A stretch of DNA of 64,000 nucleotides, from positions 20,584,001 to 20,648,000 of the forward strand of contig OZ210885.1 in NCBI GenBank assembly GCA_964658305.1, read 5' to 3'. Below, one piece after another: positions 14,174-25,700 of the stretch. Both the position numbers and the translations under genes were made by a program. The notes under the pieces were generated by a model. That model was not told where the DNA came from. It did not search any database and saw nothing but the letters and a program-made list of their open reading frames with translations. How positions within the stretch are numbered: the stretch's first letter is position 1; the number at the start of each line of letters is the position of its first letter. This DNA is from Leptogorgia sarmentosa. Taxonomy: Eukaryota.

Positions 14174-15375
14174 TTAGTGATACTTCTTCTCATGCCTACG
14201 TAAGTTAGACAAAAGTGAAAATGTTGAAGTGCACTTTTCACAGGAAAATTGCTTTAACTTGCTGTGTGTTGTTTCATGCCGTCTTAATGCTTGTTTGGTA
14301 GAAAAGCTTTTCTTGCACACCTCACAGGTGTTGAGTTCTGAATTGTGACACCGCAAATGCCTTCTAAGTGCTTCACCACTTGCAAATGTTTTGCCACAGT
14401 GTGTACAGTCACAACTTCCACACTGCTTCTTGTGGTAGGCCAAATCTTTTGCACGTTTAAAACGTTTTGAGCAAATTGGGCATTTATGCTCCACTAGACC
14501 GCAGTCAATGTCTTCTCTTACAAGCTGCCCATGATTTATCCAATCCTAGGGGAGAATGTAGTGGTCAAAATGTTTTCATAATTTGCACAATACATCACAT
14601 TGTGTGCACAGTGTGGTCACGTTAAATAAAGACCATCCAAAATGGCATATATTTTATAGTCGGGTAGCATTAGATCTCAGCAATATTCCTGCAATAGGCT
14701 ATTCTGTATAATATCCACACACCCGTCCTGAAGACCTGCATCTCTGAGACTGAATTCACCCCAATATATTCTAACTTTTGAAGTGTTCAAGCCTTGTATA
14801 TTCCTACCTCTGAGGAATTCTACAACCCCAACCTAATATGTATCATGACATTAAGGAATATGAATATGGTTGTTATACCTTTCGCACATCTGGGCTGCAT
14901 TTTTTCCACATTGTTGCAGCAACTTTACTGATGTTCCCCAATTCAGTAGGAGCCACATCCTCATCGACAATCATACCCTGGTATTAAATTGAAGGAAAAT
15001 GCAGAATGCAAATTATGAAAAAATCACACCAAAGAAAAGATTTTTTAATTTTGGATATATTATCATACTTCAATAATGAACTAATAATAGACATCTTATC
15101 ATTTGAATTCAAGAACTTGCATCAGTTACACGTGCTTAGCCTTAGGATTGTATAACAATTCAATTGTAAGACTCATTTAATGTATGGTACTGTTGTTTCC
15201 ACCGGGACAATAACATCCTAAGTCCTAACATATAGAGCATAATATTATGATCACAAATGATCAATAGACAAACACATAGACATGTGCTTACCGCAACACT
15301 CTTGTAAAACGCGTGGTAACCGGTGTATCTTGATGATTTCAAGGCTGCTGCATCGTTATTTTGTTCCTCCGCCAT
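14174..15375 (-). CDS. MULE accessory gene: HMG-box-like domain + four C2H2 zinc fingers (184 aa, 3 exons)
   Basis: Exons 15375-15292, 14977-14879, 14545-14174 with GT-AG phase-0 introns give MAEEQ..RYTGYHAFYKSVA|GMIV..ISKVAATMWKKCSPDVRK|DWINHGQLVR..; then 4 CxxC..HxxxH/C fingers. Confidence 0.85.
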
Positions 15376-16036
15376 TAAAACAATTAAAAATTAACTATAA
15401 ACCTCAAGGGAAACGAAGACGCGATACAAGACTATAAGTGGCGCAGTGTATCAACTATGATACGAATTACAAATACATATTACATAATTCGCGCGCTTAA
15501 TGAATCGGAAGTGCACATGAATCGGAAGTGCGCATCACTGTCGACGGTTTACGATTATTGAATGATGCTACCGACCATCAAGGATGCTACCGACTGTCTA
15601 CGGAAAAAAAATTTGCAGCGACACCCCATAGCACGTACTTGCATTCCATTGATAGAATTACCAGCTACGTACGAGTCATATCCGACTCTAGCCGAAGAAT
15701 TCACAAACATTCTAAAGGATGAGCAGGCATGGTCATTTGACATTGTTTAGACAATATAGACTGCAAACTGTTTTCTGCAAATAGTTCAAATTCTCACTGG
15801 GTTCCATTTTTGTTAATGTTTTATTCTGTTAAGAAGCCACCAGAAGTTCCATGAAATGTTTTTGAAAATTTTTCAAAACTGTGAGTCCTGAGGTGACTGC
15901 GAAGTTTCAGTCTATTGTCAGCATAACATATGTTGTTAACATTTCATACGTTTATATACAATTGGAAGTGTATGTAATTATTTTTGTACAAAATATATTA
16001 AGTATAGTAAGAACAAGCAATGATAATCTGAAATTA

Positions 16037-17509
16037 TTAATCGTTTGAATTGAGGTTTTCAAGAATTTCAACAACTCGGACAAAGTGATGAATTCCATAA
16101 TTCCCATCATCTGCGAGGGGGTCCACAGCATATTGAAGCTCGTGAAGTTCTGTTTCTGTCAGTTCAATTTCAAAGTCTGGTACAACAACATTATTATTGG
16201 TGCAAACTTCAGGAATTGGACCATCGTAGTCAATGCCAAACGTCTCCCAGTTGATCACACTGGATTCATTTGGAAGATTCATCATTCCAGTGTACCATAT
16301 AGTCAATGGTGAGCGATGGCATGTTGTTCGCATGCCATGATGGTTCCACTGATTAACAAACTCTACCAGTGATGCATTTATTCTGGGAAGGTAAACATAT
16401 TGTAGAGCAAACAAATGCACTTCAAGTGCATTCAGGATTCCACTATTTTCAAGAAACTTAAATATATCTTTATACAATGATGATGACACCCTGTTCACCT
16501 CTGCCCATAGCCTTTCAATACGTTGATTGTGCACACTGCGTCCAGCTATGAAACTGCCTCTTTCTTGACCTCTATTAGCAATCATGTATCTTGCAACATC
16601 AATATTTTCCATGCCTTGGTCCCCACAAACTCTGGAAGGAAGACCAATTTCTCCAACACCCTCTTCGAAACACTGAAGAACAGTTCTTGCCTTATTGTTG
16701 GTGAAACACTTGAGATAAATTACTGTTCGGCTGAATCCATCAATGCAGCCATGGATCACAAACCTCCAAGAGATAAGTTTGTGGTTTGAGTCAATGTGCC
16801 AAAGTGCGTTAGGACTAGTTACATTGTAGGTTCTTCGGCAAATAGCATATCTCCTCCTTACAGCACGTCCAACTCCATCAACCCTATGCAGGCTTTGTCT
16901 AATTCTTGATCGTTGCACATGTATGTTCCTGCTTTTAAGCCCCCCTCTGACGTACGACTCTCCACTATATGGTGTTAGCTGGAGAATTTCTCTTATCTGA
17001 TGATCCAATTCGTCATTTGTAATATCTGTTTTTTGGTCTTCCACACCTAGTTCTATTCTCCTTCTGAAGAGAGTACTGTCAGATATACCAAAAAATGTCG
17101 CTATACTCCTCCAGTTCATACCAGTTTCGCGTAATTGCTCAATTTGCTCCTTCTTGACGTTATACGAAGGTCTTCCCCCAGTACTTGGCAAAATACCTAT
17201 GGGGTTAGAACGTTCCTGTTCAAGATGTAGACTATTTATATAAACAGTTACATCTTCAAGCTTTTGCCTGGAAGATGATACCAAATCTTCTACGAGTACT
17301 TGCAGGGATGTGTCGTTTATACTATGTCTTGTTCTTGTATTCTCCAGTGCAACAGCTATTGCAGTCAGTACTGAAATGTAATTTTCAAGCTTTCTTTTAC
17401 AGTGTTCCAACCCATTTATGTCATTTATGTCAAGACATCGTTTTGTGTTCTCAAAAAGCTCGTTTAATGATTGTAGAAATTCTCGAAGTTCGTCAACATT
17501 GCTCGCCAT
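16037..17509 (-). CDS. IS3EU DDE transposase (HTH + integrase core), open 490-aa ORF
   Basis: [64 protein letters not shown]. Confidence 0.92.
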   Translation of the reverse strand: MASNVDELREFLQSLNELFENTKRCLDINDINGLEHCKRKLENYISVLTAIAVALENTRTRHSINDTSLQVLVEDLVSSSRQKLEDVTVYINSLHLEQERSNPIGILPSTGGRPSYNVKKEQIEQLRETGMNWRSIATFFGISDSTLFRRRIELGVEDQKTDITNDELDHQIREILQLTPYSGESYVRGGLKSRNIHVQRSRIRQSLHRVDGVGRAVRRRYAICRRTYNVTSPNALWHIDSNHKLISWRFVIHGCIDGFSRTVIYLKCFTNNKARTVLQCFEEGVGEIGLPSRVCGDQGMENIDVARYMIANRGQERGSFIAGRSVHNQRIERLWAEVNRVSSSLYKDIFKFLENSGILNALEVHLFALQYVYLPRINASLVEFVNQWNHHGMRTTCHRSPLTIWYTGMMNLPNESSVINWETFGIDYDGPIPEVCTNNNVVVPDFEIELTETELHELQYAVDPLADDGNYGIHHFVRVVEILENLNSND

Positions 17510-19536
17510 TTTAAGTATTTATTCTCTAAATAAAATCGGTATATATTTGGCGCAAATTTTAGGCGCAAAATTTTTCGCGTGACTGACGTAATCATTGTAT
17601 AAGGTATTTGATTGTTCCTGAAAACATTCTCGACCAGTGCTTTGAACATTCTCGACATGTCATTTTGGAAGTTCTCAACATGTTGTTGTTACATTTTGTG
17701 AGCCCACAGTCTCTATAATCCCAACAAATTAAATCTATTTCTCGTCAGGCACCTTTTATTTCTCGTCAGGTCTTTCTAATTCTCGATGGGTACTTTTTAT
17801 TTCTCGATGGGTACTTTATAATTCTCGAGAGGTAATTTTCAATTGTCAGTGGGTAATCTGAAACTCGTATATACTAATCTGAAACTCGTATCGCTTTTGA
17901 CATGTTTGGCTTGCCATAGATTTGGCTTTTTCATTGGTGCTTCAGTGGCATCGCTTACATCGAATCCAGGGGCAACCAGCCTCATGAGAAATTGCTGCAT
18001 ATTGGTGTCATTAGTGATGTTTTTTTCAGGCTCACACATGGCAACAAAATGATCTGTCTGGAATCTTACCATTTATTGCATAATCTATAGGCATCGAAGC
18101 ACACCGAAAGAGATGGATTTTTCCCTTAGTTTTAGAAGAAGAAACACGTGGCTGAATTGTGCAATTAAACAGCGTAAGGAAGGTGCAAGAATCTCTGTGC
18201 CACACAATGCAATTGAACAAGCATTATACAAGCAGTTTCCGTCTCCTGTTGTTCTAAATGGTAAAGTTGAGGTATAGCAGAACTTGATAAACTAAAACTT
18301 TAAGCATGAGAAAATTATTCTAATTTCCAATCCCAATCAATCTTGCTCATTTAGATTAGTAAGTTACATTATTAAGTTATATCAGTTGGATATACAATCA
18401 TTTAGACTAGTAAGTTATACTAGAAATACATACATGCAGTAACCCCTCGCCTTACTAACCAATTAATGCAACTATATTTTTGGAACATGAAGTACTTCAA
18501 AGGCTGCCTGAGGTTGTTGTCATGGCAACACGATCGGAATTCATATTTCTGTAATTTTTTGAAAACAGTCAAAATATCAGCTTTTATCTTTGTTTTATTG
18601 GCATTTTTTTTAAATTTCGAGAACCATTTGTTATCCGTACGTTATTAGGACTAATATAAACTTGAATTTGGTGCGAAATACTACATTTATTTGCATAAAA
18701 CGGTTTAATTAAGTCAGTCTTTGATATGAAACAATTTCCAGCCAATGTTCGCTCGTGTTCTTTGGGGTAAAGTTTGTAAATATTTTGTGAAGTCTTGCCT
18801 TTAAAAACATAAACTTATACTCTGGAATTGAGCTGTGAATAGATTAAATGCGGCTACGGCGACCTTTCATACAAATAGTAAACTGTAGATAGTAAATACG
18901 CAAAACAAAGTTCACTGCCGGCAACCTATTGATGAACTTATCTTGTGTTTCAATCCGTAGTCGTTTGTTCCCCTTTCTTAGGGGTTTTATATCTTCTGAG
19001 AAGGCTTTCCAAGTCTTACAGCGCAGGTCTTGTCTTTTTTTCGCCTTTCCAAAGGCCCAAAAGCTTTAAAAAGCTTTGGCTCTTCATGATAGTCCAGCTT
19101 AATTTTGAGATCAGTGATGACCACCCTTACACCCATAACCCAAAATGGCCGCCAAATCGAGCAACTTTGAATCTGCTATAGCGGAATTATTACCCTCGCC
19201 CTGGGCTGACACCCGGACGGCGCTTCGCTTCGTGGCTTGGGGATCAGTTGATCAGGTTACTAACTGCTATATTGCATGGTTAGGGGACATGCATGGTGCC
19301 ATGCCTTTATATCCCATAAGAATAATATGAAGATAAGTCAACTTGTTAAGAAATGAAACCCTTATATGACCAAACCTTCTTTGACAAATTTCATGTGTCA
19401 AATGTTATTTGACTGTGCATATTAGTCATTGTTTGTTTTACTAGCCAACCTAAGTAGCCAGAAACTACAGATTGACTCACCAAATAGAAAGACATAGAAT
19501 TCAATGAATTACTAAAACATGAAAGTTTAATTTTAA

Positions 19537-19717
19537 TAGTTCCTTTGCATTATAAACAGTAAACAATTCTGACAATGCAGAATATTCAGTAAGTCTGTTT
19601 ATTAATGTTTTATCTTGTTTCATATAAATTTTACATGAAATAATGTAAAACATTAATAAACAATACTGGATATTCTGCAATGTCAGATTGTTTACTGTAT
19701 GTAATGCAAAGGAACTA
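19537..19717. repeat. ~180-bp imperfect palindrome (MITE-like) in the hAT #1 intron
   Basis: TAGTTCCTTTGCATTA..AAACAAT..TGCAGAATAT mirrored by ATATTCTGCA..ATTGTTT..TAATGCAAAGGAACTA. Confidence 0.75.
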
Positions 19718-21348
19718 GTTGGACAAGGATAGTTGTACAGTCTGAATGTAAATCACCCCATGTACACACTACACAGTTATGAACAATTGAAAACACAATG
19801 CTGAGTGCTGAGTTTACCATTCTATAAAATCCTAAACTAGTCAACTTAAAATCAGTCCAATGGTGGACTGGTAGTGATGCTAGACAGTATTTGTTAATTT
19901 AATATCAAATTATCACCATGTCAATAAATGCAAGCATTCTTTTTATCGTTTTTCCAATCCCCAGTGAATGTAATTAACTCCATATATATTGAAAAATATT
20001 GGCCTGATTGCAATAACATTTAATAGCCAGGAATTGTTTATCAAATATGTTTATGAATATGCATATTGACCTTTTGAACCTTTGCATGTTGCTGGCGAGT
20101 TTAATCGTTGTATGAGCCAAATTTACATAGCATTGCTTATTATCGTGACTAATATAATATTATTCATAAGACTTACCTAACCGGAAAGTGATCAACGCAG
20201 CATTCTTGTTCGCTTTGCGGGAATTGTAATTGTGAAAATTCACATACATTTATGTTTATACTTTTCGCCCTCTTTCGCAACTCGTTAGCAATAAATCGCT
20301 CGCACGATCCTCTCAATAAAGCCAATTCCCCAGACTTTTCTGCGAAAGAAATCTTGTCATTCACCAGTAAACGCATCAACTTATCGAGTAAATCTGTAGA
20401 CGAAGAGGCCATACCTGACTGTAGTGCCTAAGCTTAGCTTTGAACGAAGCAACAGTAAAGTATAATAATTTCTAATATAAACATCACTCAGAAGATGTAA
20501 AATTCTTCAAAATAATCCTGACGGTAGCATCTACCCTTGACCATAGCAATTCATTAGCAAACCAATCACAGTGCAATATTCGAGATTTTCGCTACGGTCA
20601 GATTCATTTACGTCAAACCTGACCGTAGCGAAAATTGTCCATATATGGACGCAGTGCTATGGTGTATTTCCGACCGATGGTATTTTAATTTGCGAGCCAA
20701 TCGCATGGATTACGCAAAAAATACGCTCTGAAAGTCAAGGCCAAATGCCCTAAAAGCGCGTTAAAAGAAAAAATAGAAAATTAATTATTTTTGTATTGAT
20801 TAAAGGAAAAACATAGAACTTTTGAAAACTAAAACGGCCAAATTCTATAACGTAAGAACATTTTTCTCCAAACTGAAAATCTAACAAAGCGAAAACTTTT
20901 GATCAGGAAAATCTGACCGTAGCAAATGCTACGGTTGCTACGGTCTAAATCCGCCCCTGGTATCTCACAGTCAAGCGCTAAAATTACTGAAAATTACCAA
21001 CTTTGAGGTCCGAAAAGTACAGGAAGATCAAATTTTCGTCTTATCAAACATATTGCAAATGTTCTTAAAATCACCTGAACTACATAAATAAGTCATTTCC
21101 CTGACCCTGATATAGGCACTTTAAATAGTTACATAATTGAGTTTAAAATGAAATACTACTGATCTAAAACAGGGTGTGAAATTTGCGACATGCAATTGGT
21201 TTCCCAAAATGTCAAGATGAAATGTTACCATTTCTGACAATACTTTTTTCTGGTTTTGCAATATAAACTTTGAAATTCAGGTATTCCATGCATTTCTACA
21301 CAAAATTTTTATGCAATTCGATACTGATTTCAGTTTTAGTTCTAATTA

Positions 21349-21500
21349 CTAGCTGGGGCACCCTGTGCCCAAGCGAGTATAGTTTTCGGCTCCGTTCTGA
21401 AAAATGTAGCCACAAAACTGAATATTAATGAGCTGCTTAACCAATGGCCGCTCGGCAACCTCGGCCGCTTGACCTAATGACCTTTTCAAAATGGCAGATC
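21349..21500 (-). mobile_element. Possible Helitron/Helentron-type non-autonomous 3' terminus
   Basis: Minus strand reads hairpin GGGCAC-AGG-GTGCCC then CAG-CTAG-T; the other end was not identified. Confidence 0.3.
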
Positions 21501-22769
21501 TATCATGGAGTGGGCAAAGTGTTTTGAACAATTTGGTGAACATTTTGAACAAATTGTACTTGTTTTTTATGGATTTTTGTCAAACACGCTGCCACGAATG
21601 TGCGGAGTTAAATGGGTTTTTCACCAGTGCATGTCGATCATAATACTAAATCCGAATAATTATAATCCGAATTTCTATGATATACAGTATAATGTATATA
21701 TGTCCCTATTTGTGTATGCCCAGCGTGTTCAGAGAGGCAGTCTGTAAATATCGGCTATGGCGTGCAGAGTACGAAAAATCAAACTTTCTCAAAATGTAAT
21801 TTTGCTTCACCTTACAATGTGAAAATGTGTTTAAGTTTGATTCATAAAATATTTTTGATGAGAAGTCAATATTTATGTTTTCCCGACTAACGGGCTCATT
21901 TTCATAGTGACTTAAGCACTCTCAAGTCAGGATCGATAATGCTTCTCACTCAATCGTACTACGCATTTTAGGTATTTTTTCGAAAAATACATGCATTAAC
22001 AAACATTTTGCAATCTTTAAAGTCGGATTTAATATACATATGACGTTGTTTCAATTTTTGAACTTGTCGCTAATTTCACTCAACTTCAAAGTATGCCTAA
22101 TACAAGTTCATATATCTCCACTGATACTTCAAATTAGATCATGAAAATTATTCATAGATTTACAACAAAGGTTGGTCTTTCAAAGTGTGAAATAAAATTC
22201 TTGGGCCACTAAAACTTTCAAAAGTTTGAGCTGGTTAACTAAGGGTAAAATTGCTTAAAATTAATTGTTTACGTTAATTAAGCGACAAGATCAAAGTAGT
22301 GCACAAACTTTGTTATTATTTTTATTACTTACCAAAAGTCATGACATGTTAATGCTTGGAAAATACCAACGATCCGTTTTTCTTTGCAGTATTACATCAT
22401 AGCTATGAAATATTCATGCCTATTTTGCAAGTTGTTCCATACATTTTTGTCTATTACGTTTACTGTTGCCGGGGAATTCCCGTTTAAGCACTTACTATTA
22501 GTTTCCCGGCAGAAGGTACGAAAATTTTATTTATATACCTTCGCTACGTTTCGAGAAAAAAACAAAATTGTCGCAGCAACTTAATAATGAAGTGAAAATT
22601 TGTGTGTCGATCTGTCGGTTGCCCTTTGAAATAAACATCGATCTTGTTGCAAAATAAACATCCGGTGTAATTACATGTGTAGGCAGTTGCCAAGAATAGC
22701 GAAGCTGTCACATACTGTATGTTGTTAAATTATAATGCACCGTCTGTATTCATATCGTAAATAAAAGGG

Positions 22770-25700
22770 CCATGGCCAGTGCAATTTTTCTAGTGCGGGT
22801 GGGCAGTGTGGAGCAAGTGTAGATGAGCCAGGAAATGTGGGATGTGTAGCCATGCACTGCCGGAGAAAGATTAAAAGACACCTTGCGACTATAAAAGCAG
22901 CTGATGCGTCTCTAACAACTGAAGCGCAACTACTCTTTGCAAGAATAGGTACGACATAATTTCTTTTAATGTTGTAGCTGTAATTTAAAAACAGTCCTTT
23001 AAGGGGAAGAGTTTTGAGGACAACTCTCATCCAATTCACAGTCCCTTTACTCATTCAGTGTGCACTATCGATGATTGTACTTAGGCCCGTTTCATATGTC
23101 AAATTTTGTTTGGATCGAATCCAATTTATAAACAATGGATAATGAGATGACTTACTTCATTATCCATTGTTTGAATTGCATTCAATACGTAAGAAACGGG
23201 CGTAAGTTTCAGCTATCGAACTTACAGCCAAATTTTTCGTTAGCTCGTAATTGCAAATAATTACCATGCGTGGTGTTAGAGTGTGTCTCGATTTGTAGAC
23301 TAACTTAAACAGTTGATTCATGGAACAGTGCATGGAACATCCGTGGCTAAGCTAGGCCACGGTTTAAGCCGTATATGATAGATAACGAAAAGGAAAAGAT
23401 AACTAGGAAAATTCTTTATAAATATGGTGAATTCAAAATCAACAGGGTATTTTGAACCTATTTCCACCGATCAAGAAAAAGCAAATATATGTCCCCGTCA
23501 TCGCGATTTGCTGGGGACTAGATGGAGATCTAGAAAGAGATTCTGTTCAAGTCCAGCTGGCTGGTGTGAACATCAAACAAATCAATATAAGGGAGACAGA
23601 GGGATAACGTTTGTTCAATCGAAAGGCCTTTATCGTCTAACCAATTATCTGCTTCCAATTGGATCGCGTAAGTTACAGTGGGTCGTTAAAATATATATTT
23701 TCAAAAAAAATTGATAGATCGATTTATAGATAGACTATCTTTTTTATTTCCTATTCATAATATTTTTAGCAATATGTAAACGTTGTCGAATGCAACTGAA
23801 AGTAGAGCTAGAATTAAAAAATTCGGTAGAGAAGAACAGCAATGAACAAGATGTGCTTACCGCCCAACCTCAAGCTGAACCATGTACATCGTCTGCCGAA
23901 AATACCTCCACAGTGCATGATCACTTGGAGGTAAGATCGACAACTGTAATAATTTTATAGCAATTTGGATAGTTCTGCAAGAGCAAAAATTTTGGTTTTG
24001 AGAATGGTGATGAAGATGATTTAGTTAATGCATTCAGCAAGCTATGTGTCGATGAATACAACATGTTTACGCTGACAGACTCTGACAGCAGTCAAGATTT
24101 ACCCGCTAGTTCAAATAAAGACAAGATACGCAGTTTGAAGTATTTTTTGAGGTAATGCAACAAGGAGGAATTAAAAGCATGTCCAGAAGTAAAAGCATGT
24201 ATGTTTCCAGAGCCACTAACGCTATCGTGTCAGTGTTAGAAGTAATTGCAAGCAGTGATGCCGATAAGCTATGGGAGGACGTGAAAATCTCAAAGTCTGT
24301 AGATAAAACTCTTGGAACGTCAGTGCCTGTGGAAGCAAAGTATATGATGGCACTTGCAGAGACGTGCGAAAATACTAGCAGCTGGGATACAAAGCGACAA
24401 GTGTTGGCAATCATGGCCGACCTTCCGACGTACCGCTAACTTCAAAAGTTTATCCCAGGTGTTACAGAATATCGAATTAAGATTGCGAGATTGCACATTA
24501 AAAGATACGGACGAGGTTCACCACTACCAGAAAGTAAGAGGTCCAGGATGAAAGTGGATGAGTGTCAGTTAGACCACTTTTTGTCTTTCATAAGCAGCAC
24601 TCACGTGGTACAAGTCTTCCCTTCGGCCAGCGATACCTTCGCCTCTCTAATGGTCAGATATTAGAAACCCAAACGTCATCAGGACTATGATTTCCTCAAA
24701 GAATTGTAGAGCAATACACTCGATTTTGTGAAGAAAATGACATAAAGCCTTTGAGTTCTTCAACCCTCCATCGCATATTGTATGTCTGCAGTGCTTCCGT
24801 TAGGAAGTCGTTACAGGGACTTGATTATATTGCCGCCGATGGCGGTAAGGCTTTTGATGACTTGGCTGAAATTGTGGATAAAATATCGGTACTCGGCTTT
24901 GACAGCGAGTGGGTCCATTATTGCAAAAAGGCATTAAAAGACGGGAAGTCGTACATAAAATCAGATTACAAGGTGCGTTATTATAACTCTGATAGAGCTA
25001 AATCAATGGTTGTCATTCAGAAATCTAAAGTACAAAGTTTAAAATTCAAACTATGAGACTAAAATGCACTATGGTGCTGCGCGCGAGTTTTACTACTGGT
25101 AACTGTGCAAAAAAAATTGTATCCGCTTCTGTGGTTTACATTTAGTAAAAGTAGTAGGGATATTTAGTAAAAACAATTATTCCACTGATATGTGAAGTTG
25201 AAAGTGATTCTTTAACCCTTCATTTTCGTATTTTTATTTAGGTTCATGTTAACGAATCTGATCGAGTACCAGATCACTGTTGTAACTACGCACTAAGTGA
25301 CCCCCAGGACAAGCAGCTAGGCTCTAGTTGCAAGCACCAACACGATCTCTCGTGTCCATCATGTGACGAGCTGAAATCTGTCCTTTCGTCAATTGAGAAT
25401 GCCATTGAAAAAGCTGTACCAAAGCTTGGTAATGATGAAGGAGACGATTTCCTATTCACCTGCAAACAGGCTATTCACGCGATTAATAACTGGAAATGTC
25501 ATCAATTGCGCTCCCTTAGGCAAGATAAAGCACGAATAGATACCATTGCCCCCTGAACGACGAGACGATATTTATAACACAAGATTGGGCTATGAAAGTT
25601 TTGCCTCAAAAGTACAGAGAGACGCAAGCCGACTGGTTCGGCAAGCGAGGCATTTCGTGGCATGTAAGCGTTATTACACGAAGATCGCAAACAGGAGACC

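Larger units (their letters stand above)
10012..15616 (+). mobile_element. MULE/MuDR DNA transposon, both ends present
   Basis: ~55-bp TIRs GCAAATT..CCGTAGACAGTCGGTAGCATCCTTGATGGTCGGTAGCATCATT; 9-bp TSD AGCGACGCC (10003-10011) / AGCGACACC (15617-15625). Confidence 0.9.
7667..15750 (+). pseudogene. IS3EU accessory gene: HECT-type E3 ubiquitin ligase-like protein, spliced, interrupted by the MULE
   Basis: Exon from 7667 (..VVPR..VYIRP), low-complexity exon ~8655-8970, exon from 9092 (ITVHRSTI..VMLDVLTNFW..FLHFCTGSD). After removing the MULE the C-terminus reads GMERRPIARTCIPLIELPATYESY, matching the HECT PxAHTC..LP.Y motif. Confidence 0.85.
7266..17918. mobile_element. IS3EU DNA transposon, both ends present, with two convergent genes
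   Basis: TIRs ~350-380 bp starting TATGGCAAGCC (7266-7614 and 17540-17918); exact 6-bp TSD GATTTG (7260-7265, 17919-17924); the host hAT ORF reads ..KKPN|PLAES.. across the excised element. Confidence 0.9.
4827..20412 (-). pseudogene. hAT transposase with N-terminal OTU/vertnin-like domain, zf-TTF, DUF4371 and dimerisation domain; spliced and disrupted
   Basis: Exon 1 20412-20177 (GTAAGT donor); exon 2 from 18291 with RTTGDGNCLYNACS; interrupted by IS3EU at 17918-7266; then RKFRFDWLKLFPWL..FCVNC, FSVLADEAAD, VHCSSH, CQTRW, TCERSISVLRR. Confidence 0.88.
3998..20959 (-). mobile_element. hAT DNA transposon #1 (ZMYM1/PRKRIR-like transposase) containing nested IS3EU and MULE
   Basis: Perfect 17-bp TIR CAGGGGCGGATTTAGAC at 3998 and its reverse complement ending at 20959; subterminal CTGACCGTAGC motifs at both ends; flanks GTACC/GTATC. 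Confidence 0.92.
3565..21120 (-). mobile_element. Kolobok-like DNA transposon 5' fragment (THAP-encoding), split by a 17-kb hAT insertion
   Basis: Minus-strand terminus TTAA|AGTGCC at 21124/21120 (TTAA site, RR end). Removing the hAT joins 20960-21120 to 3841-3997, directly upstream of the THAP ATG at 3840. The other end is missing. Confidence 0.6.

Noticed and set aside
16037..17509. Bacterial IS3/IS481 or horizontal transfer from a prokaryote
   Set aside because: Long TIRs, 6-bp TSD, an intron-containing partner gene and the motif set fit eukaryotic IS3EU
18437..19262. Possible non-autonomous element in the hAT #1 intron (ACCCTCGCC-like motif at both ends, GC-rich end)
   Set aside because: No convincing TIR or TSD could be defined by eye
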